Assembly: GCA_040403495.1 (NCBI GenBank)
Contig: JBBAKM010000010.1
Coordinates: 26,743-90,742, forward strand
Reading direction: 5' to 3'
Source of the DNA: Bacteroidia bacterium
Lineage (GTDB): Bacteria; Bacteroidota; Bacteroidia; NS11-12g; UBA955
Length of the DNA stretch: 64,000 nt
The position numbers and the translations under genes are program-made. The first letter of the stretch is position 1; every line of letters starts with the position of its first letter. Below the pieces are notes generated by a model, which had not been told where the DNA came from, made no database searches, and was given only the letters and a program-made list of their open reading frames with translations. Below are positions 10,201 through 18,892 of the stretch, in pieces.

Positions 10201-12647
10201 ATGTCTATCCAATGGTCATGTCTGGCAATACCATAATAAACGCCTTGGGTATGGACGTTGAATTTCTTAATCCTGTTGACAGGTCTATTGTTTTCATCAA
10301 AAACAGTCACAAAAGATTGCCCTTTGATAAAGCCAGTATTTTGCCATTCCGTTGGTATGTCAAATGTTTGACTGAAAAGGCCGTTTTCATTCGTCGTTCC
10401 TTCTTCAACATTAGGCTCAAATCTGATTTTGTTAGGAATGTTGAAGACATAATTGGGGTGACTTTCTGAATGAAAAGATTCACTTTTAAACAACAATTCA
10501 CTTTCATAAGCACGATTAGCCGAAGGTGGTCCAAAAAAAGTGAGTGCTTCGCCATTTATTTGAATCTTCTGTCCTATGCTGTAATCCTCTTTGTCGGAAT
10601 TTACTTTTACTTTTATTTTGTCTGGTATAAATTCTTCAATGCTGATTTTTTGTGAGTTTAATACAACATCATTGCTGTTCAGTACTTGCAATGTGTATTG
10701 TCCTGTTAAGTAGGTTGGAAGTGTTGTAAAAGAAGCGCTTGCTGCACCTTGCACATTGGTGTTTATTCGTTTTTCCATCGATACTTTTCCATTGGGTGCA
10801 ATAAGTTTGATAAATAAAGGAATGTTATCCAAATTCTGCATGGATTCATTTCTTACAATGGCATTAAAGGGGATGGTTTCTCCGGGTCTGTAAATGTTTC
10901 TTGCGCTGTATAAGTAGGCCCACCATCCAGTTTTGTTTTCTCTTACTCCGTCAATTTCAAATCTTGCGGTTTCTATTTTGTTGTCTTTTAGAAGCAGAAA
11001 ATTGAAGTCTTCTTTACTTTCTACAGTAATCATTGCAATTTTAAAACCCGCAGTTTTTGATTCCAAGTCCTTAAAATGAGCAATCCCGTTTTCATCCGTT
11101 TTTAACGTATATAAGTTTTGATTATTACTGCTGTACAGATTGACCTCTACATCAGAAAGTGCATCGCTTGTTAAAATGGAGTTGGTCATAACAAATAAAT
11201 CATTTTGACTTTGTTTGGCCAATATGCCTATGTCTGATATTGAGATTAGTTTAGAGGCTGATGAATAGTCGTCGCCATTACTCTTAACCTGAATGTGATA
11301 GATGCCTTTAAAACGCTTGTCATTGTTTAAGTTGACATTCAATAAAGAGGTATTTTTTTGCTTAGGGAGATTTTTAGTTTCTATGGTTTTGTCAACGATC
11401 ACCTGACTGTATTGTTCGTTGTAATCCTCGTAATAATAGTTGGAACTGGTGTAAGATTCTTCGCCATCTTCTTCATAGTATTCCCAATCATAACCCTGCA
11501 TATTGTTTAGGTATAAAAGGATATTGTTGCTGAAAATTTTGTTAACTTTTAAATTAACTTCAGGAATATTGGTGATGTTCAATCCGATGTTTTGGTTGCC
11601 TTTGCTGGAGATGTAAAGTGCTTTTTTGTTGATAAAGTTAATGGATGGAGGCATTTCTCCAAACATCAAATTACTAGTGTATGGTTCATTTAGTTGTCCG
11701 CCTAATACCCCTTTTATCGTTTTGTTAATGGTTAGTGTGTACCCAACTTGTTCTGCAAATTCTCCTCTGATTTCGAATCCATTTTTTGTTTTTTCTATGG
11801 TTGTTTCTAATGGAGGCTCTATGCTGTAGCAATTTTTCAAAGAGCTTTCTTCTATTTCTTGCGAGCAAGCCAATGAAATAATGCCGATATTGCCTTCATA
11901 TGATTGGTTGACAGAGGTGATTGATAGTATGTAAGGCGATGGAACCACAAGTTGTTCTTTTAATAAATCAGAAGTTTTGTAGTCGCTTTCTGCTGGTCCA
12001 AATCCTTTGTCAATTTCTAATTGAATGTTTAAATCTTCTTTTAAAGCTTTTTTATCGGCTATTTCTACACTGATTTCTGAACTCGATTTGTCATTGGTAG
12101 TTGCAAAATTTTGAGGCGTTTCATTGATGCTGATTTTGGTTTTATTAATAAATTCGTTCGGTTTAACGGGATAATTAAAGTCTATGTTTAATTTTAATGT
12201 CGGAGTGGCCGTTTGTTCATTTAATGTCCAAAATCCATGAAAGGAACTTATTTTAAGAAATGGAGTGTGAAATTCGGTGGAATTGTTGTCTATGTTGCGG
12301 TTTAGTTGAAATGATTTTTTAAGACTTTCGTTAATTTTAGCGACATATTTGGTGCAAATTTTTAAAGACTTTAGGGGCGTAAAAATGACTTCGTTTTTAT
12401 CAGTCCATCTGAATTTTCCTTCAATAGAAGGGGTAAACAAAATAGGATTTGTTGTTTGCTGTAGCTCGTTCATCTCGTCAATGTTTTTGACAATGTCCTC
12501 GCTGAATCTAAAAATTAAATTTTGAGACAAAGAAACTTCTTCGCTAAAATTGGTGTATATAATCTTTATGGTTTGTGAACTGTTGTTGCATGAGAAATTA
12601 ACAAGTAAAAAAAGCCCAATAATTGATTTGAAAAAACGTGATTTCAT
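7221..12647 (-). CDS. Alpha-2-macroglobulin family lipoprotein (ECAM/YfhM-like). It retains the CxEQ thioester motif as GCAEQ.
   Basis: 1808 aa. Lipobox LVNFSC. MG domains. YPHGCAEQ thioester region followed by NNLISSDGNISYWPG and a receptor-binding-like C-terminus. Confidence 0.8.
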   Translation of the reverse strand: MKSRFFKSIIGLFLLVNFSCNNSSQTIKIIYTNFSEEVSLSQNLIFRFSEDIVKNIDEMNELQQTTNPILFTPSIEGKFRWTDKNEVIFTPLKSLKICTKYVAKINESLKKSFQLNRNIDNNSTEFHTPFLKISSFHGFWTLNEQTATPTLKLNIDFNYPVKPNEFINKTKISINETPQNFATTNDKSSSEISVEIADKKALKEDLNIQLEIDKGFGPAESDYKTSDLLKEQLVVPSPYILSITSVNQSYEGNIGIISLACSQEIEESSLKNCYSIEPPLETTIEKTKNGFEIRGEFAEQVGYTLTINKTIKGVLGGQLNEPYTSNLMFGEMPPSINFINKKALYISSKGNQNIGLNITNIPEVNLKVNKIFSNNILLYLNNMQGYDWEYYEEDGEESYTSSNYYYEDYNEQYSQVIVDKTIETKNLPKQKNTSLLNVNLNNDKRFKGIYHIQVKSNGDDYSSASKLISISDIGILAKQSQNDLFVMTNSILTSDALSDVEVNLYSSNNQNLYTLKTDENGIAHFKDLESKTAGFKIAMITVESKEDFNFLLLKDNKIETARFEIDGVRENKTGWWAYLYSARNIYRPGETIPFNAIVRNESMQNLDNIPLFIKLIAPNGKVSMEKRINTNVQGAASASFTTLPTYLTGQYTLQVLNSNDVVLNSQKISIEEFIPDKIKVKVNSDKEDYSIGQKIQINGEALTFFGPPSANRAYESELLFKSESFHSESHPNYVFNIPNKIRFEPNVEEGTTNENGLFSQTFDIPTEWQNTGFIKGQSFVTVFDENNRPVNRIKKFNVHTQGVYYGIARHDHWIDMNKPITFKLLALNALKKPINASNTIVEVYKIEWQNILENYNGTFKYNSKPTEKLLLSKKVSFNNGKVDFIYTPLLSGEFKIRVKQIGIPTGYSETSFYAYQYGSNNASSFEVDTDGEIIIESNKTKYNHNETAQLLFKTPFNGKLLVTLERNKILEYHQLETKDKTASLTLDLNEQHIPNIYINATLIKKMADNSLPLTVAHGLINISINKEKTEIPVSISCAENSRSKTKQNIKIKTLPNAEVTVSIVDEGILSIKNFKSPNPFQYFYQKRALMVNSFDLYARLFPEMTSTASGGDGLGLEKRVNPLSTNRFKPLSIWSGIMKANAQGEVNFEANIPQFYGAVRIMAVSYKDEAFGAAEKEVKIFDPLVISTSLPRFLSPNDEIKMGININNTTQTVMSINPDVMVEGPLQLIDKNNETIQINPGKEALIYYTLKAKNELGKGLVKVKIKGNETLFTEVTEISVRPAASFTIHSHEGQLKPGEKFETEIKDAFVNTPNTSIYIDNNPLAQITSHFLKLVRYPHGCAEQTISTAMPQILFPEFAKAVGKFMNQTSAEESELNPTYNVNQAIKKINNLISSDGNISYWPGEHNHSLYLNAYALHFLIECDKKGFEINKNNKSKLISLCTIKSSANLTEKESMNEISNLVENGKQYISREKIYALYVLALAGSPSKSSMNYCKMSKSKLHNSSQYILAATYALCGDMKSFNELMPKQYSRENDNVWNWYHFSSPIRDKALVLNALIESQPNHPQVYELAKSLSKDLKNNPNLNTNEMGFSITALGKFSLKNTNKGGKANVFIDQKQVLEFTGKNSLYKTQKAHNLIQINSTGTGNIFYTIVTEGIGNGKYYTEEDKGLTVRRTFLNRYGSSINQTQIKQNDLVIVKINISRPYGGGIRNIAITDILPAGLEIENPRITATKELSWMKNQSYPSYMDVRDDRINFFLDIGNNKTETLYYMCRAVSKGTFVLGPIQADAMYDPSIHSYHGKGTLIVN

Positions 12648-12737
12648 ATTGATTGAATTTTATTGGGCTAATTTAAGAGGTTTTCTATTGTTTTTATCAT
12701 TTTTTAAAAAAAATGTAAGTATGTTTGTTTCTCAAAA

Positions 12738-14387
12738 ATGACCAATCAAGAACTTTCTAAACTGTTTGCTTTGTATGGTAAGTTATACGAACTGCATGGT
12801 GGTAATTCATTTAAAGTTAAATCGATAGCTAATTTCGTGTTCTTTTTAAAGAAATTTCAAGAACCTTTTTTTGAAATGGATGAAGCACAAATGTTGTCCA
12901 ATTTAAGTTTTCATAAAGGGTTTTTGCCTAAACTGATAGAAATTAAAGAAACGGGTACATTGCAAGAACTTGAATTATTAATCGAAAAAACTCCAAAAGG
13001 GGTTGTTGATTTATTGAATATTAAAGGTTTAGGTCCCAAAAAAGTGGAGGTGTTGTGGAAAGAAGTAGGGATAGCCTCGGTAGTGGAACTTCTCGAAGCT
13101 TGTAGAGAAAATAGATTGGTAGAAATCAAAGGTTTTGGACACAAAACACAAACCCAAATATTGTCTGATATTGAATTTAAATACAATCAAGAAGGGAAAT
13201 TTCATTGGGCAAAAGTGGAACCTATTGCTTTGCAAATTTTGGAAAGTCTCAACAGTTCTGCCATTTGTAAAAAAGCGCAACTGACCGGAGAATACAGAAG
13301 ATTGGATGAAATTGTCAATCAACTCGAATTTGTTGTTGAAACGCTTAACCCAACAAATGATTGGACCAATCTTGCTGTGCCACATTTGGAATTTGTAGAA
13401 TTAGAAGGGACAATAGTTAAGTTTAAATATGCTGAAGTTTTGTCTGTAATCTTTCATTTGTGTAGTTCAGCAGATTTTGAAAGTTTGCTTTTTGAAACAA
13501 CCGCTACTGAAAGTCATTTAAAACAAATAAATTACGATAGAGCGACCGTCAATAATTCTTCTGAAGAAGACATATACAAGTCCTTAGGTTTGGTTTATAT
13601 TTTACCAGAATTAAGGGAAGGATTAAGTGAGTTAAACAATTTAGACAAACAGGCAAATCTCATTGAATACAAGGACTTGAAAGGGGTTATTCACAATCAT
13701 ACCACCTACAGCGACGGGTTGCATACGCTCAAAGAAATGTCTGATTTTGCACAAAAAAGTGGGTTTGAATATCTTGTAGTTTGCGACCACTCACAATCTG
13801 CAGGTTATGCCGGTGGATTAAAGCCAGACAGAGTGATACAGCAATTTGATGAGATTGATAAAATCAATGAAGGTTACAATGGTTTTAAGGTTTACAAAGG
13901 GATAGAAAGTGATATATTAACCGATGGGAGTTTGGATTACGAGGAGGAATTATTGTCACAGTTTGAGGTTATCGTAGCGAGTGTTCACAGTCAGTTGACT
14001 ATGGATGAAGACAAGGCGCACAAAAGGCTTATTAAAGCAATAGAACATCCCCGAACCAGAATTTTGGGTCATCCAACAGGGCGTTTGCTGTTGATGCGCC
14101 CGGGATACAGTATCAATCACCAATACATTCTAGATGCTTGTTTGCAAAATAAAGTGGTCGTTGAACTCAATGCCCATCCATACCGTTTGGATATCGATTG
14201 GCGTTGGATTGATTATTATGTGTCAAAAGGTGGAATAATTAGTATCAATCCCGATGCCCATCACAAAGATGGTTATCAAGACATGCGATATGGCGTGAAT
14301 GTGGCAAGAAAAGCTTACCTAACCCCTGAATCTTGTTTAAATGCAAAAGATTTAATCGCTTTTGATACTTGGGTAAAAAATAAGTAG
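12738..14387 (+). CDS. DNA polymerase X family protein with a C-terminal PHP phosphoesterase domain
   Basis: HhH motifs (IKGLGPKKVEVLWKEVGI; IKGFGHKTQTQIL). PHP domain HNHTTYSDG…VCDHSQS…ELNAHPYRLD. Confidence 0.85.
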   Translation: MTNQELSKLFALYGKLYELHGGNSFKVKSIANFVFFLKKFQEPFFEMDEAQMLSNLSFHKGFLPKLIEIKETGTLQELELLIEKTPKGVVDLLNIKGLGPKKVEVLWKEVGIASVVELLEACRENRLVEIKGFGHKTQTQILSDIEFKYNQEGKFHWAKVEPIALQILESLNSSAICKKAQLTGEYRRLDEIVNQLEFVVETLNPTNDWTNLAVPHLEFVELEGTIVKFKYAEVLSVIFHLCSSADFESLLFETTATESHLKQINYDRATVNNSSEEDIYKSLGLVYILPELREGLSELNNLDKQANLIEYKDLKGVIHNHTTYSDGLHTLKEMSDFAQKSGFEYLVVCDHSQSAGYAGGLKPDRVIQQFDEIDKINEGYNGFKVYKGIESDILTDGSLDYEEELLSQFEVIVASVHSQLTMDEDKAHKRLIKAIEHPRTRILGHPTGRLLLMRPGYSINHQYILDACLQNKVVVELNAHPYRLDIDWRWIDYYVSKGGIISINPDAHHKDGYQDMRYGVNVARKAYLTPESCLNAKDLIAFDTWVKNK

Positions 14388-14409
14388 TTTTGTATCAATC
14401 CTATAGCCA

Positions 14410-15381
14410 ATGAAAATATTAATCATACGGTTTAGTTCTATTGGTGATATTGTATTAACAACACCAGTTATAAGAGCCATAAAACAACAAGTGCCCAACA
14501 GTGAGGTTCATTTTGCAACCAAAAAACACTTTGGTGTTTTATTGGAAAACAATCCATACATAGACAAATTACAATTGTTTGATAAGCAATTGCTTCAGTT
14601 TGCCAAAATGTTGAAAAATGAAAAATATGATGTCGTTATTGACTTGCATCACAATCTTAGAACGAGGATAATAAAATCTATTTTAAAGGTAAAAACCTAC
14701 CATTTCGATAAGTTAAATTGGGAGAAGTGGTTAATAGTGAGATTTAAAATTAATATTTTGCCATACATCCACATTGTTGACAGATATCTTCAGGCCTGCC
14801 ATGCTTTAGGCGTGGTTAATGATGGAAAGGGATTGGACTTTTTTATAAATGAACAAACCAATTTGGACGGAAAATGGGATTTAAAGACAAGTTATTTTGT
14901 TTATGCAATAGGTGGGCAGCATGCTACCAAAAAATTACCTCTTAATAAGCAACTTGAACTACTTGGTCTATTAAACTTGCCTGTGGTTTTAATAGGAGGG
15001 AAGGAAGATATTCATCAAGGTAAACTGATTGCCAAAGAATGTCCAAATGCTGTTAATTTATGTGGGGAATTGAGTATTCATCAAAGTGCTTTGTTGATTA
15101 AAAACAGCCAAAGATTGTTTACGCACGACACAGGAATGATGCATATTGCAGCGGCATTAAAAGTGCCTATAGTGTCTATTTGGGGAAATACGATTCCTGA
15201 TTTTGGAATGACTCCTTATTATCCATTAAACACGGAAATAGACCAAAAGATTTTAGAGGTTTCTGAATTGTCGTGCAGACCTTGTAGCAAAATTGGCTAT
15301 ACATCCTGTCCCAAAAAGCATTTTAAATGTATGCAAGAGATAGATTTCTCTGAAATTCCAGAGTGGATTTCTAAGAATTAA
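14410..15381 (+). CDS. Glycosyltransferase family 9 (LPS heptosyltransferase-like)
   Basis: MKILIIRFSSIGDIVLTTPVIRAIK… N-terminal GT9 signature. C-terminal HDTGMMHIAAAL. Confidence 0.8.
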   Translation: MKILIIRFSSIGDIVLTTPVIRAIKQQVPNSEVHFATKKHFGVLLENNPYIDKLQLFDKQLLQFAKMLKNEKYDVVIDLHHNLRTRIIKSILKVKTYHFDKLNWEKWLIVRFKINILPYIHIVDRYLQACHALGVVNDGKGLDFFINEQTNLDGKWDLKTSYFVYAIGGQHATKKLPLNKQLELLGLLNLPVVLIGGKEDIHQGKLIAKECPNAVNLCGELSIHQSALLIKNSQRLFTHDTGMMHIAAALKVPIVSIWGNTIPDFGMTPYYPLNTEIDQKILEVSELSCRPCSKIGYTSCPKKHFKCMQEIDFSEIPEWISKN

Positions 15382-16385
15382 TAGACCTCGGAAATTTCCA
15401 TTTTTCGTTTAGTCCCATCCTTTAAAAATACAACAATGTATTTGGAGTTGTTGATTTTGTGTGGTGTTTTTAGGATTTGAATTTTGGTAATGTCGCTATC
15501 AGAATCCATATTCACTAATACTTTGGCAACAGGAGAATTAGGCTTTTTTTCTAACTCAGACAGTTTTCCTGGATTAAAAATCATTATTCTGTTTTTTGCC
15601 TGAGGAATTTCATCTAATTTGACCTGAACTTTACCATCTTTTAGGGTAAACATTGTGTTGCCATCAAAAGGAGATTTTGGCGTGTTAATGACCTGTAACA
15701 TTGAGTCAAGTCTTTTTTCTGGTTTTAAATGAAGAATACCGCGGTTTTCACAAACAATAAATAAGATGTTGTTTCTAACGTAGTAGGCTGCTTTGCCTGT
15801 TAATGCTTCATTGATTAAGGCTTCAGATTGGTTGTTTTCGCAAGCCATTTTTGTAGACATTAAAACGCCAAAAGAAATAACGCCGTCTTCAATAATAGTG
15901 TTGCCATTGAACGTATTACAAGAGTTATTTCCGCTAATTTTGTTGTTGTCGATGTCGAATATAGCAAAAGCATTCGTTCTTCTTAATGGTGTAAGTGTTC
16001 CGTCTTTTTCGTAATTCACTATTTTCCAACGGTTGTTACTCAAAAGTCTTTTATCGTTTAGAACTTTGTTTACTTTTCCAATCGTTTTTACAAGTTTGTA
16101 TTGTGTTTTAGGAAGAGAATCCCCTGGAAATTGAATGATGGTTTCTAAAATCTCTATAGTGGTTTCAAAGCCTGGTTCAAAAATAAAACCTTCAATATCG
16201 TGAGGGAAGTCGCGCCAAACACTATCAGGGTGTGATTTGATTTTCAAACAAGCCATAATGGTGTTTTGGTAGTTGCATGAAATTTTGGCATCAGCAACAA
16301 TAATAGTTTTGCTTGATTCAGATTGCCCCCAAGAAACATTGGAGGTGATTAATAAAATTAATAAAGGTAATATAGCGGGTTTCAT
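15378..16385 (-). CDS. Secreted META-domain (HslJ-like, DUF306) protein. The start is moved to the in-frame ATG at 16385, which precedes the signal peptide.
   Basis: Signal peptide MKPAILPLLILLITSNVSWGQ. META-like core …ISGNNSCNTFNGNTIIEDGVISFGVLMSTKMACENNQ…. Confidence 0.6.
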   Translation of the reverse strand: MKPAILPLLILLITSNVSWGQSESSKTIIVADAKISCNYQNTIMACLKIKSHPDSVWRDFPHDIEGFIFEPGFETTIEILETIIQFPGDSLPKTQYKLVKTIGKVNKVLNDKRLLSNNRWKIVNYEKDGTLTPLRRTNAFAIFDIDNNKISGNNSCNTFNGNTIIEDGVISFGVLMSTKMACENNQSEALINEALTGKAAYYVRNNILFIVCENRGILHLKPEKRLDSMLQVINTPKSPFDGNTMFTLKDGKVQVKLDEIPQAKNRIMIFNPGKLSELEKKPNSPVAKVLVNMDSDSDITKIQILKTPHKINNSKYIVVFLKDGTKRKMEISEVY

Positions 16386-16530
16386 TTTTATTATTGAATT
16401 GTATTTAAATAGTAAGTGTGCAAAAATCTTGCAAAATTTGTTAAAAGACAAAAATAATCAAATTATTCATTTTTTATTTAATGAATTGTTGGAATTAGTG
16501 AGTTGAGGTCGTGTTATTTGTCATAAAACA

Positions 16531-16568
16531 AAAAAGCCATTGTCTTTTTACAAACAACGGCTTTCTTG
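16531..16568 (-). terminator. Rho-independent terminator for the minus-strand membrane-protein gene
   Basis: On the minus strand: AAGCCGTTGT…ACAATGGCTT followed by TTTTTTGTTTT. Confidence 0.45.
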
Positions 16569-16694
16569 CATCAGCGTATGAAATGGATATCAGTATTACT
16601 ACAACTATTATCGCATTGCATATTATAGACGTTTGGTAAAAATAAATAGTTGCGGAGTTTTGTTATTATGACAAAAAAATGACAAATTGCCTAG

Positions 16695-17261
16695 TTAATA
16701 GCCGTAATCATCTGGCATCATTAGTCCTATAATGACTAAGCCCCACAACAATCCCCCTAATACAATTAGGACAATTTGCCTTGCATTAAATCCATTTTGT
16801 ATTTTAACATTAATGTCGTCAGAATTTTGTTTGGCATAATTTAAAGCATTAAATGGAGCTAACATAAACAGGAATGTAAAAGTAGAAATCATCCAATAAG
16901 GGTCAGGTAGGCGCCCCATTGCATTAAACACCAGTACTCCTACAAAAGCAAAAGTTGGGGAATAGTTTTGTTCATAGCCTTTTTCTTTGGCGTAATTTAA
17001 AATATCACTAAACAAGGAATACAAAAAGAAGATAGCCAATAAAGTTCGGATAGCGGGCATAATGTCTAAATTGTCTTTTTGTTTAAAAAAACGCCAAGCT
17101 TTGTAAGTCCACCACAAATCGTACAACCCGAAGGTGATGATGGACAAGAAAACGAATTTATTGATGCTTATGATAGATTGCTCTTCTATAAGGCTCTCAT
17201 TTTGAACGATGCCTTGGTCAATAATTTCTGATTGGTTTTCCATGTTGTTTGATATTTTCAA
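16695..17261 (-). CDS. Hypothetical integral membrane protein (DUF4234-like, GLYDLWW motif)
   Basis: Four predicted TM segments. No catalytic motifs. Confidence 0.5.
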   Translation of the reverse strand: MKISNNMENQSEIIDQGIVQNESLIEEQSIISINKFVFLSIITFGLYDLWWTYKAWRFFKQKDNLDIMPAIRTLLAIFFLYSLFSDILNYAKEKGYEQNYSPTFAFVGVLVFNAMGRLPDPYWMISTFTFLFMLAPFNALNYAKQNSDDINVKIQNGFNARQIVLIVLGGLLWGLVIIGLMMPDDYGY

Positions 17262-17354
17262 AAGTATTACTTTTTAATCAAATGGCAAATTGTTGAGAGT
17301 AAATGGATTATGTAGTGAGTGTAATTGAGTTAATTGTTTTTGTAATTGCTTTTA

Positions 17355-17372
17355 AATAAAAAAAAGTATTTA
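17355..17372 (+). promoter_or_regulatory. Putative Bacteroidetes sigma-A -7 box (TATATTTG) upstream of cas1
   Basis: TAnnTTTG motif at 17363-17370, 16 nt before the cas1 ATG. Confidence 0.35.
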
Positions 17373-17385
17373 TATTTGTTTTACT

Positions 17386-18306
17386 ATGATTAAAAAAACA
17401 CTTTATTTTGGCAATCCTGCCTATTTGCGAACACAAAATGAGCAATTACAAATAACAATTCCGGAGAACAAAAGTGGACTTTCTGAATCGGACAGGTCAA
17501 CAAGCATACCAATTGAAGATATTGGGATTATTATTTTAGACCATCAACAAATTACTATTTCACAATTGTTAATTGCCAAATTATTGGAGAATAATGTAGC
17601 CTTTATAACTTGTGATAGTAAACATCATCCTACAGGCATGTTATTGAATTTAGATGGGAATACGTTACAAGCGGAACGGTTTAGAAACCAGATAGATGCT
17701 TCATTGCCGTTGAAAAAACAGCTTTGGGCGCAGACTATAGAATATAAAATTAAAAACCAAGCAGCAAATTTGAAGCAATTTAACCAAGGAGACCCTGAGT
17801 TGTTGATACAAATGAGTAAGCAAATTAGAAGTGGTGACCCTGAGAATATGGAAGGACGAGCGGCTGCACATTATTGGAAAAATGTTTTTGGTTTGGGAAT
17901 GGAATTTAAGCGCGACCGTGAAGGCGATTCCCCTAACCATGTTTTAAATTATGGTTATGCTATTTTAAGGGCCATTACTGCTAGGTGTTTGGTTGGTAGT
18001 GGATTGTTGCCTACACTTGGAATACATCATAGAAATAAATACAATGCTTATTGTTTGGCAGATGATATTATGGAACCCTATAGGCCAATTGTTGACCAAT
18101 TGATAATTCAGTTACACCTTGAAGAAAGTTTAACTGATGAATTGAGTAAAGAAACTAAAAGTAAATTACTGAGTATTCCAACATTAGATGTAAGAATAGA
18201 TGGCGAAAGTAGTCCGCTGATGGTTGCGATGCAAAGGACTACTGCCAGTTTGAATAAGTGTTTTGAAGGGGAAAGTAATAAGTTGTTATATCCTAGACTT
18301 TTTTAG
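17386..18306 (+). CDS. cas1: CRISPR-associated endonuclease Cas1 (type II)
   Basis: Full-length Cas1 fold signature (…HVLNYGYAILRAITARCLVGSGLLPTLGIHHRNKYNAYCLADDIMEPYRP…). Immediately followed by cas2. Confidence 0.9.
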   Translation: MIKKTLYFGNPAYLRTQNEQLQITIPENKSGLSESDRSTSIPIEDIGIIILDHQQITISQLLIAKLLENNVAFITCDSKHHPTGMLLNLDGNTLQAERFRNQIDASLPLKKQLWAQTIEYKIKNQAANLKQFNQGDPELLIQMSKQIRSGDPENMEGRAAAHYWKNVFGLGMEFKRDREGDSPNHVLNYGYAILRAITARCLVGSGLLPTLGIHHRNKYNAYCLADDIMEPYRPIVDQLIIQLHLEESLTDELSKETKSKLLSIPTLDVRIDGESSPLMVAMQRTTASLNKCFEGESNKLLYPRLF

Positions 18307-18663
<357 letters not shown>

Positions 18664-18760
18664 ATTTTTTATTAACAAGGATTGTGAAAAACACAAAACG
18701 AAAATAAACGTTTATAAACGGCTACGGTTTTGATGTGATTGATTTCGCTGAATTTGAGAT

Positions 18761-18835
18761 AAAAAAAATGCCCCCGTAAAGTCGAGGGCTACTTAATGTT
18801 TTCACAACGGAATAATCCTTATTGTGATTTGCTTT
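18761..18835 (-). ncRNA. tracrRNA: tracrRNA, antisense, between cas2 and cas9. Sequence: 5'-(CAAC)CGAAAGCAAAUCACAAUAAGGAUUAUUCCGUUGUGAAAACAUUAAGUAGCCCUCGACUUUACGGGGGCAUUUUUUUU-3'
   Basis: A roughly 16-nt anti-repeat complementary to the conserved 5' half of the minus-sense repeat (GUUGUGAUUUGCUUUC). SpCas9-like nexus AAUAAGG-loop-CCGUU. Terminal hairpin GCCCUCG/CGGGGGC followed by U8. Canonical promoter immediately upstream. Confidence 0.75.
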
Positions 18836-18841
18836 CGGTTG

Positions 18842-18872
18842 CAAATATAAAAGTATTTGTGTTAATTGCAAA
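18842..18872 (-). promoter_or_regulatory. Bacteroidetes sigma-A promoter for the tracrRNA (TTTG-N19-TATATTTG on the minus strand)
   Basis: -33 TTTG (+ strand CAAA at 18869-18872) and -7 TATATTTG (+ strand CAAATATA at 18842-18849) with 19-nt spacing. The predicted TSS falls at the anti-repeat. Confidence 0.6.
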
Positions 18873-18892
18873 CTTATTAATTTTTTAAAACT

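Noticed and set aside
8102-12741. Multiple 60-85-aa ORFs on both strands within the alpha-2-macroglobulin gene (for example 8102..8299, 9196..9396, 10212..10555, 11626..11829, 12550..12741)
   Set aside because: These are antisense or alternate-frame ORFs inside a 5.4-kb continuous CDS. They have low-complexity translations.
12911-13385. Minus-strand ORFs of 91 and 118 aa inside the PolX gene
   Set aside because: They are antisense to PolX with no homology signal.
18822-18886. Alternative plus-strand tracrRNA (anti-repeat-like ATTGTGATTTGCTTTC followed by a TTGCAA hairpin and T-run before the cas9 ATG)
   Set aside because: In the plus orientation the anti-repeat would have to pair with the 3' end of the repeat rather than the spacer-proximal 5' part. 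The nexus motif and the U8 terminator with a G-U pair exist only on the minus strand. The canonical TTTG-N19-TAnnTTTG promoter is on the minus strand.
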